64,000 nucleotides of DNA from an uncultured Patescibacteria group bacterium (GTDB lineage: Bacteria; Patescibacteriota; Minisyncoccia; Phycocordibacterales; UBA12088): contig CAMYLP010000003.1 of NCBI GenBank assembly GCA_947259245.1, forward strand, positions 27,118 to 91,117, read 5' to 3'. The position numbers were made by a program, and so were the translations under genes. Of the stretch, positions 21,665-30,669 are shown piece after piece. The number at the start of each line of letters is the position of its first letter. Position 1 is the first letter of the stretch. The notes under the pieces were generated by a model. It made no database searches. It had not been told where the DNA came from and saw nothing but the letters and a program-made list of their open reading frames with translations.

Positions 21665-22132
21665 ATGAACGAGAACGGTCTCGTGTTGTGCATTACTCTT
21701 ATTGGTGACATCAATAAACCAGATCAATGTCACGTGGTATTTGTACGTGACCATGGAAAACAAGATCCTATATGGTATAAGTTTCCGGGAGGGCAGACAG
21801 AGGGTTTGTCGAAAGAGTACGCTGTGCGCCATGAGCTAGCAGACGAAACTGGCCTGCAGTACGACTGTGGCTCGTTCCGACATGGCATTATCGGTGAAAC
21901 AGTTGCAGATGATGGGTACGTGGTTACTTTTTACGCCGTAGTGTTCACAAATGAATACGCCCACCACAATCTTGAAGCATGGGGCGACGAGCCGGAGCTT
22001 CAAGTGATTAGGGTTCCCCTCAGTCAGTTGAAGGAGGTGGGTGCGATGTTACTTCCACAGCATAAAAAATGGCTTGGGCAGGCAAATCGGGCCTGGCTTG
22101 GAAAAATACTGCAGTGGTACAACAACAACTAA
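21665..22132 (+). CDS. NUDIX-family hydrolase (degenerate Nudix box)
   Basis: PGGQTEGLSKEYAVRHELADETGL Nudix-like box; 155 aa. Confidence 0.6.
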   Translation: MNENGLVLCITLIGDINKPDQCHVVFVRDHGKQDPIWYKFPGGQTEGLSKEYAVRHELADETGLQYDCGSFRHGIIGETVADDGYVVTFYAVVFTNEYAHHNLEAWGDEPELQVIRVPLSQLKEVGAMLLPQHKKWLGQANRAWLGKILQWYNNN

Positions 22133-22156
22133 CGGCGCCTAAGGGCGCCGTTTTTC
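22132..22156. terminator. bidirectional terminator (ACGGCGCC-taa-GGGCGCCGT + T5)
   Basis: Perfect 9-bp stem between convergent NUDIX and pheT. Confidence 0.6.
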
Positions 22157-24123
22157 TATCGTACCTCCCATTCTTTTTTTGTATTGAGCGTCGATGTAAG
22201 TTTTTCCATGACTACGTTTACTTCTTCATCGGTAAGTGTGTGGTCCATCGACTGAAACACCAGATGCCATGCGTAGCTTGTGCGTTTATCATTTTGGAAT
22301 GTGTCAAAGAGTTTGTGTTGTACCAACAAACCATCACCCTGTTCGAGTACAATCTTCAGCACCTCCTCCAATGGAACATTGTCCGGCACCCATACGGCGA
22401 TGTCACGGAGAACATAAGGGTACGCGGACCAGGAACGAAAACGTGTTTTTGTGTTCCACGGTAACGCATCTCGATATGCTTTTGGTCGTGCTACTGTCGC
22501 GAGTGCTGTGTCGAGGGCAGTTTCTGCTATTCCGTCGACGACGTTGAGGTTCAGTTTCACTCCCAGTTCTGCTTCGATTACCGCGATGTCCTTCTGGAGT
22601 GCTGCGAGCAGTTTCGACACCTTTGTGTTCACTGACTGCACGCCTATCGCAAATGCGAGTTCTTCTCCCTCACGTGTAAAGCGCGTACCGATCTCAAACA
22701 CCTTGATGTCGTCAAGACCGAGTAGGGGTGCGTGTGGCACGTTGTCGATGAGCGCTTTCGCCACACCATCGCGCAGGTTCATGCGAAGGAATGCCTTGTC
22801 GCTCGCGAGCGGATTGGCAAGCTCCACCTCACCGCGTTCGTGCAACGTATACGTGAGTACCTCAGTGTACCCGAGGGATGTACAAACCGCGCGTAGAAGA
22901 TCGGTATAGTATTGGGACTTCGTTACTGTTGGTGGTGATGATGGTACGTTGGGAAGTGTTGCCCGCAGCTCGCGTAATCCGTACACGCGACCAATCTCTT
23001 CAATAATGTCTTCGCGAATGGCAAGATCGCTCCGCTCCCATGGCGGTGTTATGGCAAACTCCTCTCTATCTCGAGAGAACTCCCACTCGAACCGTACGAG
23101 AATTCGCTCGACCTCGTCTATTGTTAACGAAGTTCCTAGAAGGCGGTTTATGTCATGTAGTGTCACGTCCACGGGCGTTCGTTCACCCTTGGGACTATAC
23201 GCATCATACACTTCAATGGGAGTACCTCCGGCAACTTCGGTAATGAGGTTGAGTACATCCCGCATAGCGAACGCGGGCAGCTCCGGTGCAGGATCGTTCT
23301 GAAAGCGTAGCGATGCATCCGTAGCAAGCTTCAACCGCCGTGAGGATGTTCGCACCTGTGCAAAGTTAAAGTGTGCTGCCTCCAAAACGATGTCAACAGT
23401 GTCAGCGGAGATCTCAGCTCTTGAACCACCTTTGATTCCGGCGATAGCAAGTGGTTTGTTAGCGACGGCGTCTGTTATCAGCAGGTCGTCCTCGGTGACT
23501 TCGTACGTCTCGCCCGTGAGTACCGTAATCTCCTCACCCTTCCGGGCGCTGCGTACGCCGATGGTCATCGTACCGTCGTTGTCCTGGTGTAGCTTAGCTC
23601 GATCAAATACGTGTAGGGGTTGGCCAATATCAAACATGACGTAGTTGGTCGCATCTACAATGTTATTTATAGGGCGCTGTCCTATCCGTTCCAGAGCATC
23701 TTTGAGCCACGTAGGTGAGTCCTGTACTGTGACGCCGCGTACCAATGCTCCCATATAGCGTCTGCACTGCCTATGATCATCTATGACTACCTTGAGGTGC
23801 TTTGCTTCTGGGAAATTTGGTACGCTGTCTCGCAGTGGCTCACGCTTCATGGGATGCTGGAGCAAGGTCGCCAGCTCTCGTGCCACACCGCGGTGTGACA
23901 GGCAGTCGCTGGACCTGTTTGGAAGAATATCGAGGTCGATGACCCAGTCGTCACCAACCCGTTCAACTCCTTCAACCTCAAAACTGTGAAAGGTGAACAC
24001 ATCCGACAATTGCTCTGCGTCAGGCAGTTCGTCGTCAAAGTATGTTTGTAGCCACGCACGTGAGACTTTCATATCAAAATTGGTGTATAAAACGAAGATC
24101 GCCTGTGTGGAAATGTCGGACAT
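22156..24123 (-). CDS. pheT: phenylalanyl-tRNA synthetase beta subunit (655 aa, short form)
   Basis: B3/B4 and B5 domains, C-terminal FDTFQNDKRTSYAWHLVFQS anticodon-binding end; overlaps pheS by 50 nt. Confidence 0.9.
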   Translation of the reverse strand: MSDISTQAIFVLYTNFDMKVSRAWLQTYFDDELPDAEQLSDVFTFHSFEVEGVERVGDDWVIDLDILPNRSSDCLSHRGVARELATLLQHPMKREPLRDSVPNFPEAKHLKVVIDDHRQCRRYMGALVRGVTVQDSPTWLKDALERIGQRPINNIVDATNYVMFDIGQPLHVFDRAKLHQDNDGTMTIGVRSARKGEEITVLTGETYEVTEDDLLITDAVANKPLAIAGIKGGSRAEISADTVDIVLEAAHFNFAQVRTSSRRLKLATDASLRFQNDPAPELPAFAMRDVLNLITEVAGGTPIEVYDAYSPKGERTPVDVTLHDINRLLGTSLTIDEVERILVRFEWEFSRDREEFAITPPWERSDLAIREDIIEEIGRVYGLRELRATLPNVPSSPPTVTKSQYYTDLLRAVCTSLGYTEVLTYTLHERGEVELANPLASDKAFLRMNLRDGVAKALIDNVPHAPLLGLDDIKVFEIGTRFTREGEELAFAIGVQSVNTKVSKLLAALQKDIAVIEAELGVKLNLNVVDGIAETALDTALATVARPKAYRDALPWNTKTRFRSWSAYPYVLRDIAVWVPDNVPLEEVLKIVLEQGDGLLVQHKLFDTFQNDKRTSYAWHLVFQSMDHTLTDEEVNVVMEKLTSTLNTKKEWEVR

Positions 24124-24808
24124 CGGGTACCTCGGCTGCGATCATTACAAGTCTTTCGAGACCGACGCCGAACGCAAATCCTGAGTATTCATCTGGATCA
24201 ATACCCCCAGCCTTGAGTACATTAGGGTGCACCATACCTGCCCCCATGATTTCCACCCATGTTTCGGTGCCATCACGTCGCTTGAACAACATGTCTACCT
24301 CAACACCTGGCTCAACAAAGGGAAAGTACCCCGGACGAAAACGTACGGTAATATCTTTTTCATAGAACTCCGTAAACAGGTATTCGAGAGTACCTTTTAA
24401 GTCTGCAAGTGATATCTGTTTGTCGATATGTAAACCTTCAAACTGAAAGAACTGAGCCTCATGCGTTGCATCAGTGGCCTCGTTGCGAAATACTCTTCCC
24501 GGAACGATGATGCGTATCGGAGGCGCGTGCTTTTCCATGTATCTAACCTGAACAGGGCTAGTGTGCGTTCGAAGGACTGCCTCACGTATCCCCTTGACCC
24601 AAAACGTGTCCTGCATGTCACGTGCAGGATGGTTGCGAGGCACATTAAGTGCATCAAAATTATAATACTCGCTCTCAATCAGCGGTCCTTCGGCAAACTC
24701 GTATCCAAGTTTCGTAAATATGGCATTTACGCGTGATATTGCTGAAGAAAGTGGGTGTACGTGACCATCCATATTTGGCAAGTATACGACACATACGCTG
24801 TTGTTCAA
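24074..24808 (-). CDS. pheS: phenylalanyl-tRNA synthetase alpha subunit, minimal 244 aa (no N-terminal coiled-coil arm)
   Basis: Class II motifs (FRNEATDATHEAQFFQFEG, GAGMVHPNVL, FAFGVGLERL); in-frame stop bounds N-terminus. Confidence 0.9.
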   Translation of the reverse strand: MNNSVCVVYLPNMDGHVHPLSSAISRVNAIFTKLGYEFAEGPLIESEYYNFDALNVPRNHPARDMQDTFWVKGIREAVLRTHTSPVQVRYMEKHAPPIRIIVPGRVFRNEATDATHEAQFFQFEGLHIDKQISLADLKGTLEYLFTEFYEKDITVRFRPGYFPFVEPGVEVDMLFKRRDGTETWVEIMGAGMVHPNVLKAGGIDPDEYSGFAFGVGLERLVMIAAEVPDVRHFHTGDLRFIHQF

Positions 24809-24834
24809 AGAACAGTATACGTACTCCGAGAATG

Positions 24835-25827
24835 TTACCAGGTGGTTCTCTCAAACATGTCCTCCCTCAAGGTTACGAGGGTGTCATCACCAAGGATGCG
24901 GAAGTCGACAACCGGATAGTTTGTAATGGGCTGAATGTTACGTTGACTTCTATCATCGAGTTCAACTGCAAACACGCCTCGAGAAGTCTGAATGATGACG
25001 ATATCACTACGTGCGGGATAAAATTCATACCGTTCTATTGGTTCCTCCCAGTCAATGACGAACTGTCTTGTACAGGTGGCCGAACAAAAATAGTATGGCA
25101 ACGGATCGTCTGCTCGCGCCCACAATGCATGTACATTACCGTCCTCATTCCATGCTACTACGCCGTCGCGCTCGCGTACCATGTCCTTGTCCTGAAGTTG
25201 TGATGAACTAGCAACATCCTGTAACCATTCAGGGAAAACAATGAGCGTAACGGTTGTTGATGTCGCAGTACGAACGCCGCGTACATATTCGTACGTCGTT
25301 GTTGCCGTCTCTATCGCAAACTGCTCCTTGTCTGCAGAAAAGTACTCGTCCATGAGTGCATACTCCGGGTTCGCAACCATTGTACTCGTGCTTGTGGTAG
25401 CTGAGGATGTTGCCATATCTCCGACGAGTAACGTCGTACTTGCGGTTATTTGCTCCCATGCAAAGGTGGCTGGCAACATTAGTATGCGCGCTTCAGTCAC
25501 GAGGTTCGGTCGCACGTATAGTGTTTTAATCCAACTCTGATACCCGTCTTTCTCGACCCACACTTCGTAGTTCCTGTTTGGTTTAAGGTCTTGTATGAGG
25601 GTATTTCTCAGAATAGCGCCGTTCTCCTCCACAAACACTCCGTCGAGGAACACTGACGTGTTGCTCATGTCAGAATGTACGAAAATACCACCGGTCTGCA
25701 CGAGCGACAAGGCATCATCGAGTCTATATCCAACGCTGTACCCGATAAGAACAGGTGCGCTGAGAACAAACAGCGCGAAAAGCATCCAGAATACCGTGCG
25801 TCTGAAGTTGCGCGAAAGCGGTCTCAT
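24835..25827 (-). CDS. hypothetical N-terminally anchored membrane protein with PEGA-like extracytoplasmic domain, co-translated with GT2
   Basis: TM FWMLFALFVLSAPVLIGY; start ATG overlaps GT2 stop (25824-25827). Confidence 0.5.
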   Translation of the reverse strand: MRPLSRNFRRTVFWMLFALFVLSAPVLIGYSVGYRLDDALSLVQTGGIFVHSDMSNTSVFLDGVFVEENGAILRNTLIQDLKPNRNYEVWVEKDGYQSWIKTLYVRPNLVTEARILMLPATFAWEQITASTTLLVGDMATSSATTSTSTMVANPEYALMDEYFSADKEQFAIETATTTYEYVRGVRTATSTTVTLIVFPEWLQDVASSSQLQDKDMVRERDGVVAWNEDGNVHALWARADDPLPYYFCSATCTRQFVIDWEEPIERYEFYPARSDIVIIQTSRGVFAVELDDRSQRNIQPITNYPVVDFRILGDDTLVTLREDMFERTTW

Positions 25828-27407
25828 ACGGCGTGCGCATCAGCTGCCCGATGCTTTGGTGTGACCCAGAACTCACCCATGTACCAACCAAAAAGTGAGC
25901 GGGTTTGCGCATGTAGTCCCGGCAGCGCGCCAAAGACCACAATTGTGAATGGTACAAGGAGCCACTGCAGCACTGCCCCAACATATCGTTTCTTTTTGTG
26001 TCGTACCTGTTCAGGCAGTCTTGGCATCAGCGAGAACGCGATGTACGCACTGAGAATCAAACCCAACATTGCCACAATCATCAAATTGCGTGTAACGTAT
26101 GGCAGATTGTAAGAAAGTACTGTATCTCTGAACGCATCACCACCAAGTAGTAGTGGTAGCCAGCCGAGAAGCAGTATGATGAGCGGTGCTGTGGCGAGCG
26201 ACCAGAAACCTTCTATCTGTACGAAAGTATGAAATATCTTTTGTTTGAGCGGAATATACTTGTTCTTGATGAATCCAAACATCATGTACGGTATATTCTC
26301 CTGACCCCACATCCAGCGTAAGTGCTGACGATAGATGTTCTTCATGGTACCAAAGAAACTGGTGGACAAATTCGCGTCCATGGACACCGGGTAACTTATC
26401 GGAACCACGCGGTAGTCTCCGTCATGCGCGAAATACAGATTCCAAAAGATGCGTGAGTCGTCGCTGATCATATTCTTTTGCCAGAAACCCACATCGTCAA
26501 GTGCTTTAAATGAGATTGCGTGACTGGAAAACGTCGTCAATTTCTCAGCGCGCTCTTGCTGTATCATTTGCCAAAATGTAGAACTAAATGCTGCCACCCT
26601 CGAGATAGCCGGTGCATCCCAGATGTTGTTATTGTACAGTGGAACCGGCTGAAATGAGGCTTTGTGCGGTTCCTCAGTAGTAAGAAAATGCCATGTGAGA
26701 CATGAAAAATATTGCGGTTCAACTACTGTATCAATGTCAAAGGCAGATACGATGATGTCTTCATACGGAATCGCCTCAACGTCGACAATTCTGCGTTTGG
26801 CCTCCTCTGCCGCATAGGTAATATTTGGACCCTTCCCCCGTATCTCGCCTGGCTGTCCTTCAGGGTGCACCGTGAGTATGATGTGCTCAACACTGTGTTT
26901 GTAGCGCTGTACCATCTTTTCGCCAATATCTAGCGCTTCCTGCCCCGCCCTTTCCTCTGCTGCAAGGACGACAATAACTCGTTGCATGTCGTACTGCGAT
27001 CCAACTACTGACTCTATCGCCTGCTTCACAATGGCCTCACTCTCCTGGTAGTAGGGCAAAATGACCATGTGCCTCAGGTTTTCAAACTTAAGCTGTTGCA
27101 ACATTTCAGCCCAATCGAGCTGCATGTTATGACGCAGACGGCGAAAGTTGTGACGCTGGTGCATGCTGAAGTAAATGGTCTTTAAGAGCCAGTAGAGATC
27201 GAATGCTATGATGAAGTACGCTGCTACGACCGGCTTGTATATCGAAAGAACCACAACGGTGACAATCGTGCCCCACGACACAAGGCCGGGCACCATTTCA
27301 AGCAAACGATACAGTACCCTGTCGCGCCCTGTAAGATCGCGTGCATTTGCAACATGAAAGTATGGTGATTGCGCGTAGGTAGCTGCTGCTGCGTTTGTGG
27401 TGGCCAT
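25824..27407 (-). CDS. family-2 glycosyltransferase, processive-type (DxD, QxxRW-like QHLRW), N- and C-terminal TM bundles
   Basis: VLAAEERAGQE.., FDIDTV, RQHLRWMWG; 527 aa with >=6 TM. Confidence 0.75.
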   Translation of the reverse strand: MATTNAAAATYAQSPYFHVANARDLTGRDRVLYRLLEMVPGLVSWGTIVTVVVLSIYKPVVAAYFIIAFDLYWLLKTIYFSMHQRHNFRRLRHNMQLDWAEMLQQLKFENLRHMVILPYYQESEAIVKQAIESVVGSQYDMQRVIVVLAAEERAGQEALDIGEKMVQRYKHSVEHIILTVHPEGQPGEIRGKGPNITYAAEEAKRRIVDVEAIPYEDIIVSAFDIDTVVEPQYFSCLTWHFLTTEEPHKASFQPVPLYNNNIWDAPAISRVAAFSSTFWQMIQQERAEKLTTFSSHAISFKALDDVGFWQKNMISDDSRIFWNLYFAHDGDYRVVPISYPVSMDANLSTSFFGTMKNIYRQHLRWMWGQENIPYMMFGFIKNKYIPLKQKIFHTFVQIEGFWSLATAPLIILLLGWLPLLLGGDAFRDTVLSYNLPYVTRNLMIVAMLGLILSAYIAFSLMPRLPEQVRHKKKRYVGAVLQWLLVPFTIVVFGALPGLHAQTRSLFGWYMGEFWVTPKHRAADAHAV

Positions 27408-27423
27408 AAATGATACTGTAGTG

Positions 27424-27496
27424 AGCCGAAGGGGAGATTCGAACTCCCGACCTACCGCTTACAAGGCGGTTGCTCTACCAACTGAGCTACTTCGGC
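27424..27496 (-). tRNA. tRNA-Thr (anticodon UGU)
   Basis: rc gives GCCGAAG-TA-GCTC..GAGC-A-ACCGC-CTTGTAA-GCGGT-AGGTC-GGGAG-TTCGAAT-CTCCC-CTTCGGC-T cloverleaf; CCA not encoded. Confidence 0.85.
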
Positions 27497-27509
27497 AACT
27501 ATAACGTGC

Positions 27510-27893
27510 TTATGCAGTATCCACGGCAGAAACACGTTCTTGCCGCCCCGAACCGCGGACGGCTGCAAGTTTGTGCGATGGCTCTTTGACCTCCTGCGCT
27601 CGTCTGAAGCGACGTAATACATAGACAAGCTGCAACAACCGTCGTTCAATCCAGCGGATGCTGATCAACGTCCCATATGATACCACGCCCAGTATCCTTA
27701 CCAAGACACCACCGTGTGCTGCCCGATATAGCTTGCGCATGGCGTATTGAGCTATCCCCAGTACATACCCAGCATATCGATCTAACGTTGCGCGCACCCT
27801 ACGAGCGTAACGTTGGTTTGTGTGGGTTTCGTATGTACGCAACAGGAACAACCCTACTAGAACAGAAAGCGAAGTGAGAAAAAGCGGCAGCAT
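27510..27893 (-). CDS. hypothetical small membrane protein (127 aa, Arg-rich)
   Basis: N-terminal TM LFLTSLSVLVGLFLL; no known domain. Confidence 0.35.
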   Translation of the reverse strand: MLPLFLTSLSVLVGLFLLRTYETHTNQRYARRVRATLDRYAGYVLGIAQYAMRKLYRAAHGGVLVRILGVVSYGTLISIRWIERRLLQLVYVLRRFRRAQEVKEPSHKLAAVRGSGRQERVSAVDTA

Positions 27894-27897
27894 ACGT

Positions 27898-28485
27898 CTA
27901 GTCGCGGACAGAAACGCGTGTGCACTCTGACACTTCTATGCGCTCCCCGAACTTTTGGACGGCCTGTTCTACAAGATCTTGTATTGTGAGTTCCGGATTC
28001 CGTACGAATGGTTGTTCGAGTAAGACGCGTTCCTTTACGTAGCTGTTTAGCTTACCCTCAACAATGGCGTCGCGTTTGTCTGCCGGCTTATCTTTGGACT
28101 CTTCTTCAAACAGTTGTTTTGCTTTCGAAACATCTTCATCCTTCACCTCATCACGTGAAATGAAGTCCGGGTTCGTTGCCGTCGCATGCATGGCAATATC
28201 ATGTGCCAGTGTCTTAAATTCTTCGTTGCGTGCAACAAAGTCGGTCTCGCACGAAAGTAAAATGATCGTACCGACATCTTCAGAAGCGTGTATGTATGAC
28301 TGTACGATACCGGCACCTAGTGTGCGGTCTGATTTCTTTGCTGCTGCTGCACTCGACTTCTTTCTGAGTGCTATCAGGGCCTTGTCCATGTCGCCATCTG
28401 TGGATTCGAGTGCGTTTTTGCAATCCATGACTGAAAGACCGGTGCGCTCACGCAGAGCTTTTACATCATCTGTGGTTACGGGCAT
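27898..28485 (-). CDS. tsf: elongation factor Ts
   Basis: MPVTTDDVKALRERTGLSVMDCKNAL UBA-like N-terminus; downstream of rpsB. Confidence 0.9.
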   Translation of the reverse strand: MPVTTDDVKALRERTGLSVMDCKNALESTDGDMDKALIALRKKSSAAAAKKSDRTLGAGIVQSYIHASEDVGTIILLSCETDFVARNEEFKTLAHDIAMHATATNPDFISRDEVKDEDVSKAKQLFEEESKDKPADKRDAIVEGKLNSYVKERVLLEQPFVRNPELTIQDLVEQAVQKFGERIEVSECTRVSVRD

Positions 28486-28556
28486 GGTGTGTGTTTCACT
28501 TAAAATAATAGAGCACAGAACATACTACCATAGCATGGTGCAAGAAGGGTAATGCT

Positions 28557-29294
28557 CTATGTGCGTGGAGGCGTTTCCGTCTTCTGGCTCTTTGCTTCCG
28601 CCAATCCCTCTTCGTATGCAGCGGCGATCTCCTCGACGAAGAATGCTATGGATTTTGCAGCGGCGTCATTTGCAGGAATTGCATACTGTATTTTTGTGAG
28701 GTCGCAATCTGTGCTCGCAAGAGCGACCACTGGTATGTTTTTTGTCCTCGCCTCCTCGACGGCAATCGCTTCATGACGCGGGTCTATTACGAACAGCGCA
28801 TGTGGCAATTTTTCCTGTAACGGTAAGAGACCTGCGTACATGCCGTGTAACTTTTCAATCTCACGATCGATCTGCAGGCGTTCGAACTTTGTATACTTTG
28901 AGAGAGCGCCTGATTCTTTGTCCGACATAAGCTTTTGGAGCCGAGCGACTCTCTTTTTAATTTCGTCAAAGTTGGTGACTGTACCACCTATCCATCTGCC
29001 AACACAGTATGGTGCTTCAAGATTTGTGGCAGTCGTCTCAATTATTCTATGACTTTCTGGCTTGCCACCAACAAACATCAGTACTTTACGCTCACGTCCA
29101 AGATCACGCACATACTGTTTTGCACGTTCCAGAAGCTGTTCGGTTTGCTCAAGGTCTATAATGTCGTTCTTGTGTTTCGTCCCAAATATGTGCTTCTGCG
29201 TACTAGGATGACGCCGTGCTTTAGGGAGTCCGTAGTGCGCGCCAGCATCGAACATGCCATCAATTTTCTTTTTCTCTGTTGCGGTTGCGGTCAT
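28557..29294 (-). CDS. rpsB: 30S ribosomal protein S2
   Basis: AGAHYGLPKARRHPSTQKHIFGTKH.., FVGGKPESHRII; rpsB-tsf arrangement. Confidence 0.9.
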   Translation of the reverse strand: MTATATEKKKIDGMFDAGAHYGLPKARRHPSTQKHIFGTKHKNDIIDLEQTEQLLERAKQYVRDLGRERKVLMFVGGKPESHRIIETTATNLEAPYCVGRWIGGTVTNFDEIKKRVARLQKLMSDKESGALSKYTKFERLQIDREIEKLHGMYAGLLPLQEKLPHALFVIDPRHEAIAVEEARTKNIPVVALASTDCDLTKIQYAIPANDAAAKSIAFFVEEIAAAYEEGLAEAKSQKTETPPRT

Positions 29295-29343
29295 AAGTAA
29301 TAGTTCAAGAGTGTACCAGATATTTATGACATGTCAAAATAGT

Positions 29344-30306
29344 TTACCTGCTGCCTTCCTCAGATGCTGCGTCAGTGACCGCCGTTAACATCGGCTCAAT
29401 GTTGCCGGAAAATATGCTTTCAATGTTGTGCCAGTTTTGTTTTATACGGTGGTCCGTGACGCGATCTTGTGGGATATTGTACGTGCGTATTTTTTCACTT
29501 CTATCACCTGTTCCTATCTGATCTCTCCGTTCAGTAGCGTACTTTTTCGACTCCTCCTCCTCTTTTAACTCAAGTAGTTTCGCCTTGAGCATTTGCATCG
29601 CCTTCTCACGATTACTCTCTTGCCGACGTTCGCTCGTACAACGTACATCTATGCCTGTTGGCTTGTGTATCAACCGAACAGCCGTTTCTACCTTGTTTAC
29701 GTTCTGGCCTCCCGCGCCGCCTGAACGAGAAAACTCCATCTCTATGTCAGCGGGGTTGATGTCAAACTGCACCTGTTTCCGTATTGGCAGAATCGCAACA
29801 GATGCGGTAGACGTATGAATTCTTCCCTGCTTTTCGGTTTCCGGTATACGCTGCACACGATGTACTCCGGTCTCAAATCGTAGTGCCCTATAGACGTCCT
29901 TTCCACGTATCTCAAATGATGCTTCTTTATATCCCCCAAGTGCGCTCACTGACTCCGATAGTGCACGCACACTCCACCCCTGACGCTCTGCATACGCACT
30001 GTACATATGTGCAAGATCAGCTGCGAATAGTGCTGCCTCGTCACCTCCCGCTCCTGCTCTCACTTCGAGTATTATCTCATTGGGGAAGCGTTCGGCTTCC
30101 TTCTGCTCTGCAAACACAGCATCCATTTGCTCGCGTACCCGCTGTTGCTGCTCCTGTAGTGTGGCAAGATCAGACTCGCCCAGCTTGCGCATCTCCTCGT
30201 CCGTTGCCATCAGTTCCTCCACTTCATCCCGTTGCGCCTGAAGTCGCTCGTACTCTGCTGCGAGGTACGCTGTTTTTTGATTGTCCTTGTAGGGAGTCAG
30301 ATCCAT
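29344..30306 (-). CDS. prfA: peptide chain release factor 1 (short N-terminal domain; PET in place of canonical PAT/PVT tripeptide)
   Basis: GGQ motif [35 protein letters not shown]; start trimmed to MDLTPYK to avoid overlap with rpmE. Confidence 0.85.
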   Translation of the reverse strand: MDLTPYKDNQKTAYLAAEYERLQAQRDEVEELMATDEEMRKLGESDLATLQEQQQRVREQMDAVFAEQKEAERFPNEIILEVRAGAGGDEAALFAADLAHMYSAYAERQGWSVRALSESVSALGGYKEASFEIRGKDVYRALRFETGVHRVQRIPETEKQGRIHTSTASVAILPIRKQVQFDINPADIEMEFSRSGGAGGQNVNKVETAVRLIHKPTGIDVRCTSERRQESNREKAMQMLKAKLLELKEEEESKKYATERRDQIGTGDRSEKIRTYNIPQDRVTDHRIKQNWHNIESIFSGNIEPMLTAVTDAASEEGSR

Positions 30307-30358
30307 GATATATGCATAAGACCGCCCACTACGGACGGTCAGAAGATAGTGGTTGGAG

Positions 30359-30616
30359 TTAACCCTTTTTTGCAGCAGCAGCTCGCCGCTTGAATTTTTC
30401 GACACGCCCTGCGGTGTCAACAACTGTCTCCTTACCCGTATAGAAGGGGTGTGACGCACTTGATATCTCAACCTTTACCATGGGGTACTCCTTCTTGTCT
30501 GCCCACACAGCAACCTCGTCCGACTGTATAGTAGAACCTATAAGAAAGCGCTCACCACTGGTTGCGTCCTCAAAAATGACCTTTCGGTAGTTGTCCGGAT
30601 GTATGTCTGACTTCAT
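30359..30616 (-). CDS. rpmE: 50S ribosomal protein L31
   Basis: [24 protein letters not shown].. L31 signature; ORF trimmed to internal Met. Confidence 0.85.
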   Translation of the reverse strand: MKSDIHPDNYRKVIFEDATSGERFLIGSTIQSDEVAVWADKKEYPMVKVEISSASHPFYTGKETVVDTAGRVEKFKRRAAAAKKG

Positions 30617-30669
30617 ATGTTGCATGAGAATAACAGAGAGTTTGCCTTTGCGCAAGGGTACGTGCACTG

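Noticed and set aside
30307-30471. N-terminal extension of prfA ORF
   Set aside because: It would overlap rpmE on the same strand by >100 nt. The conserved RF1 sequence starts at MDLTPYK.
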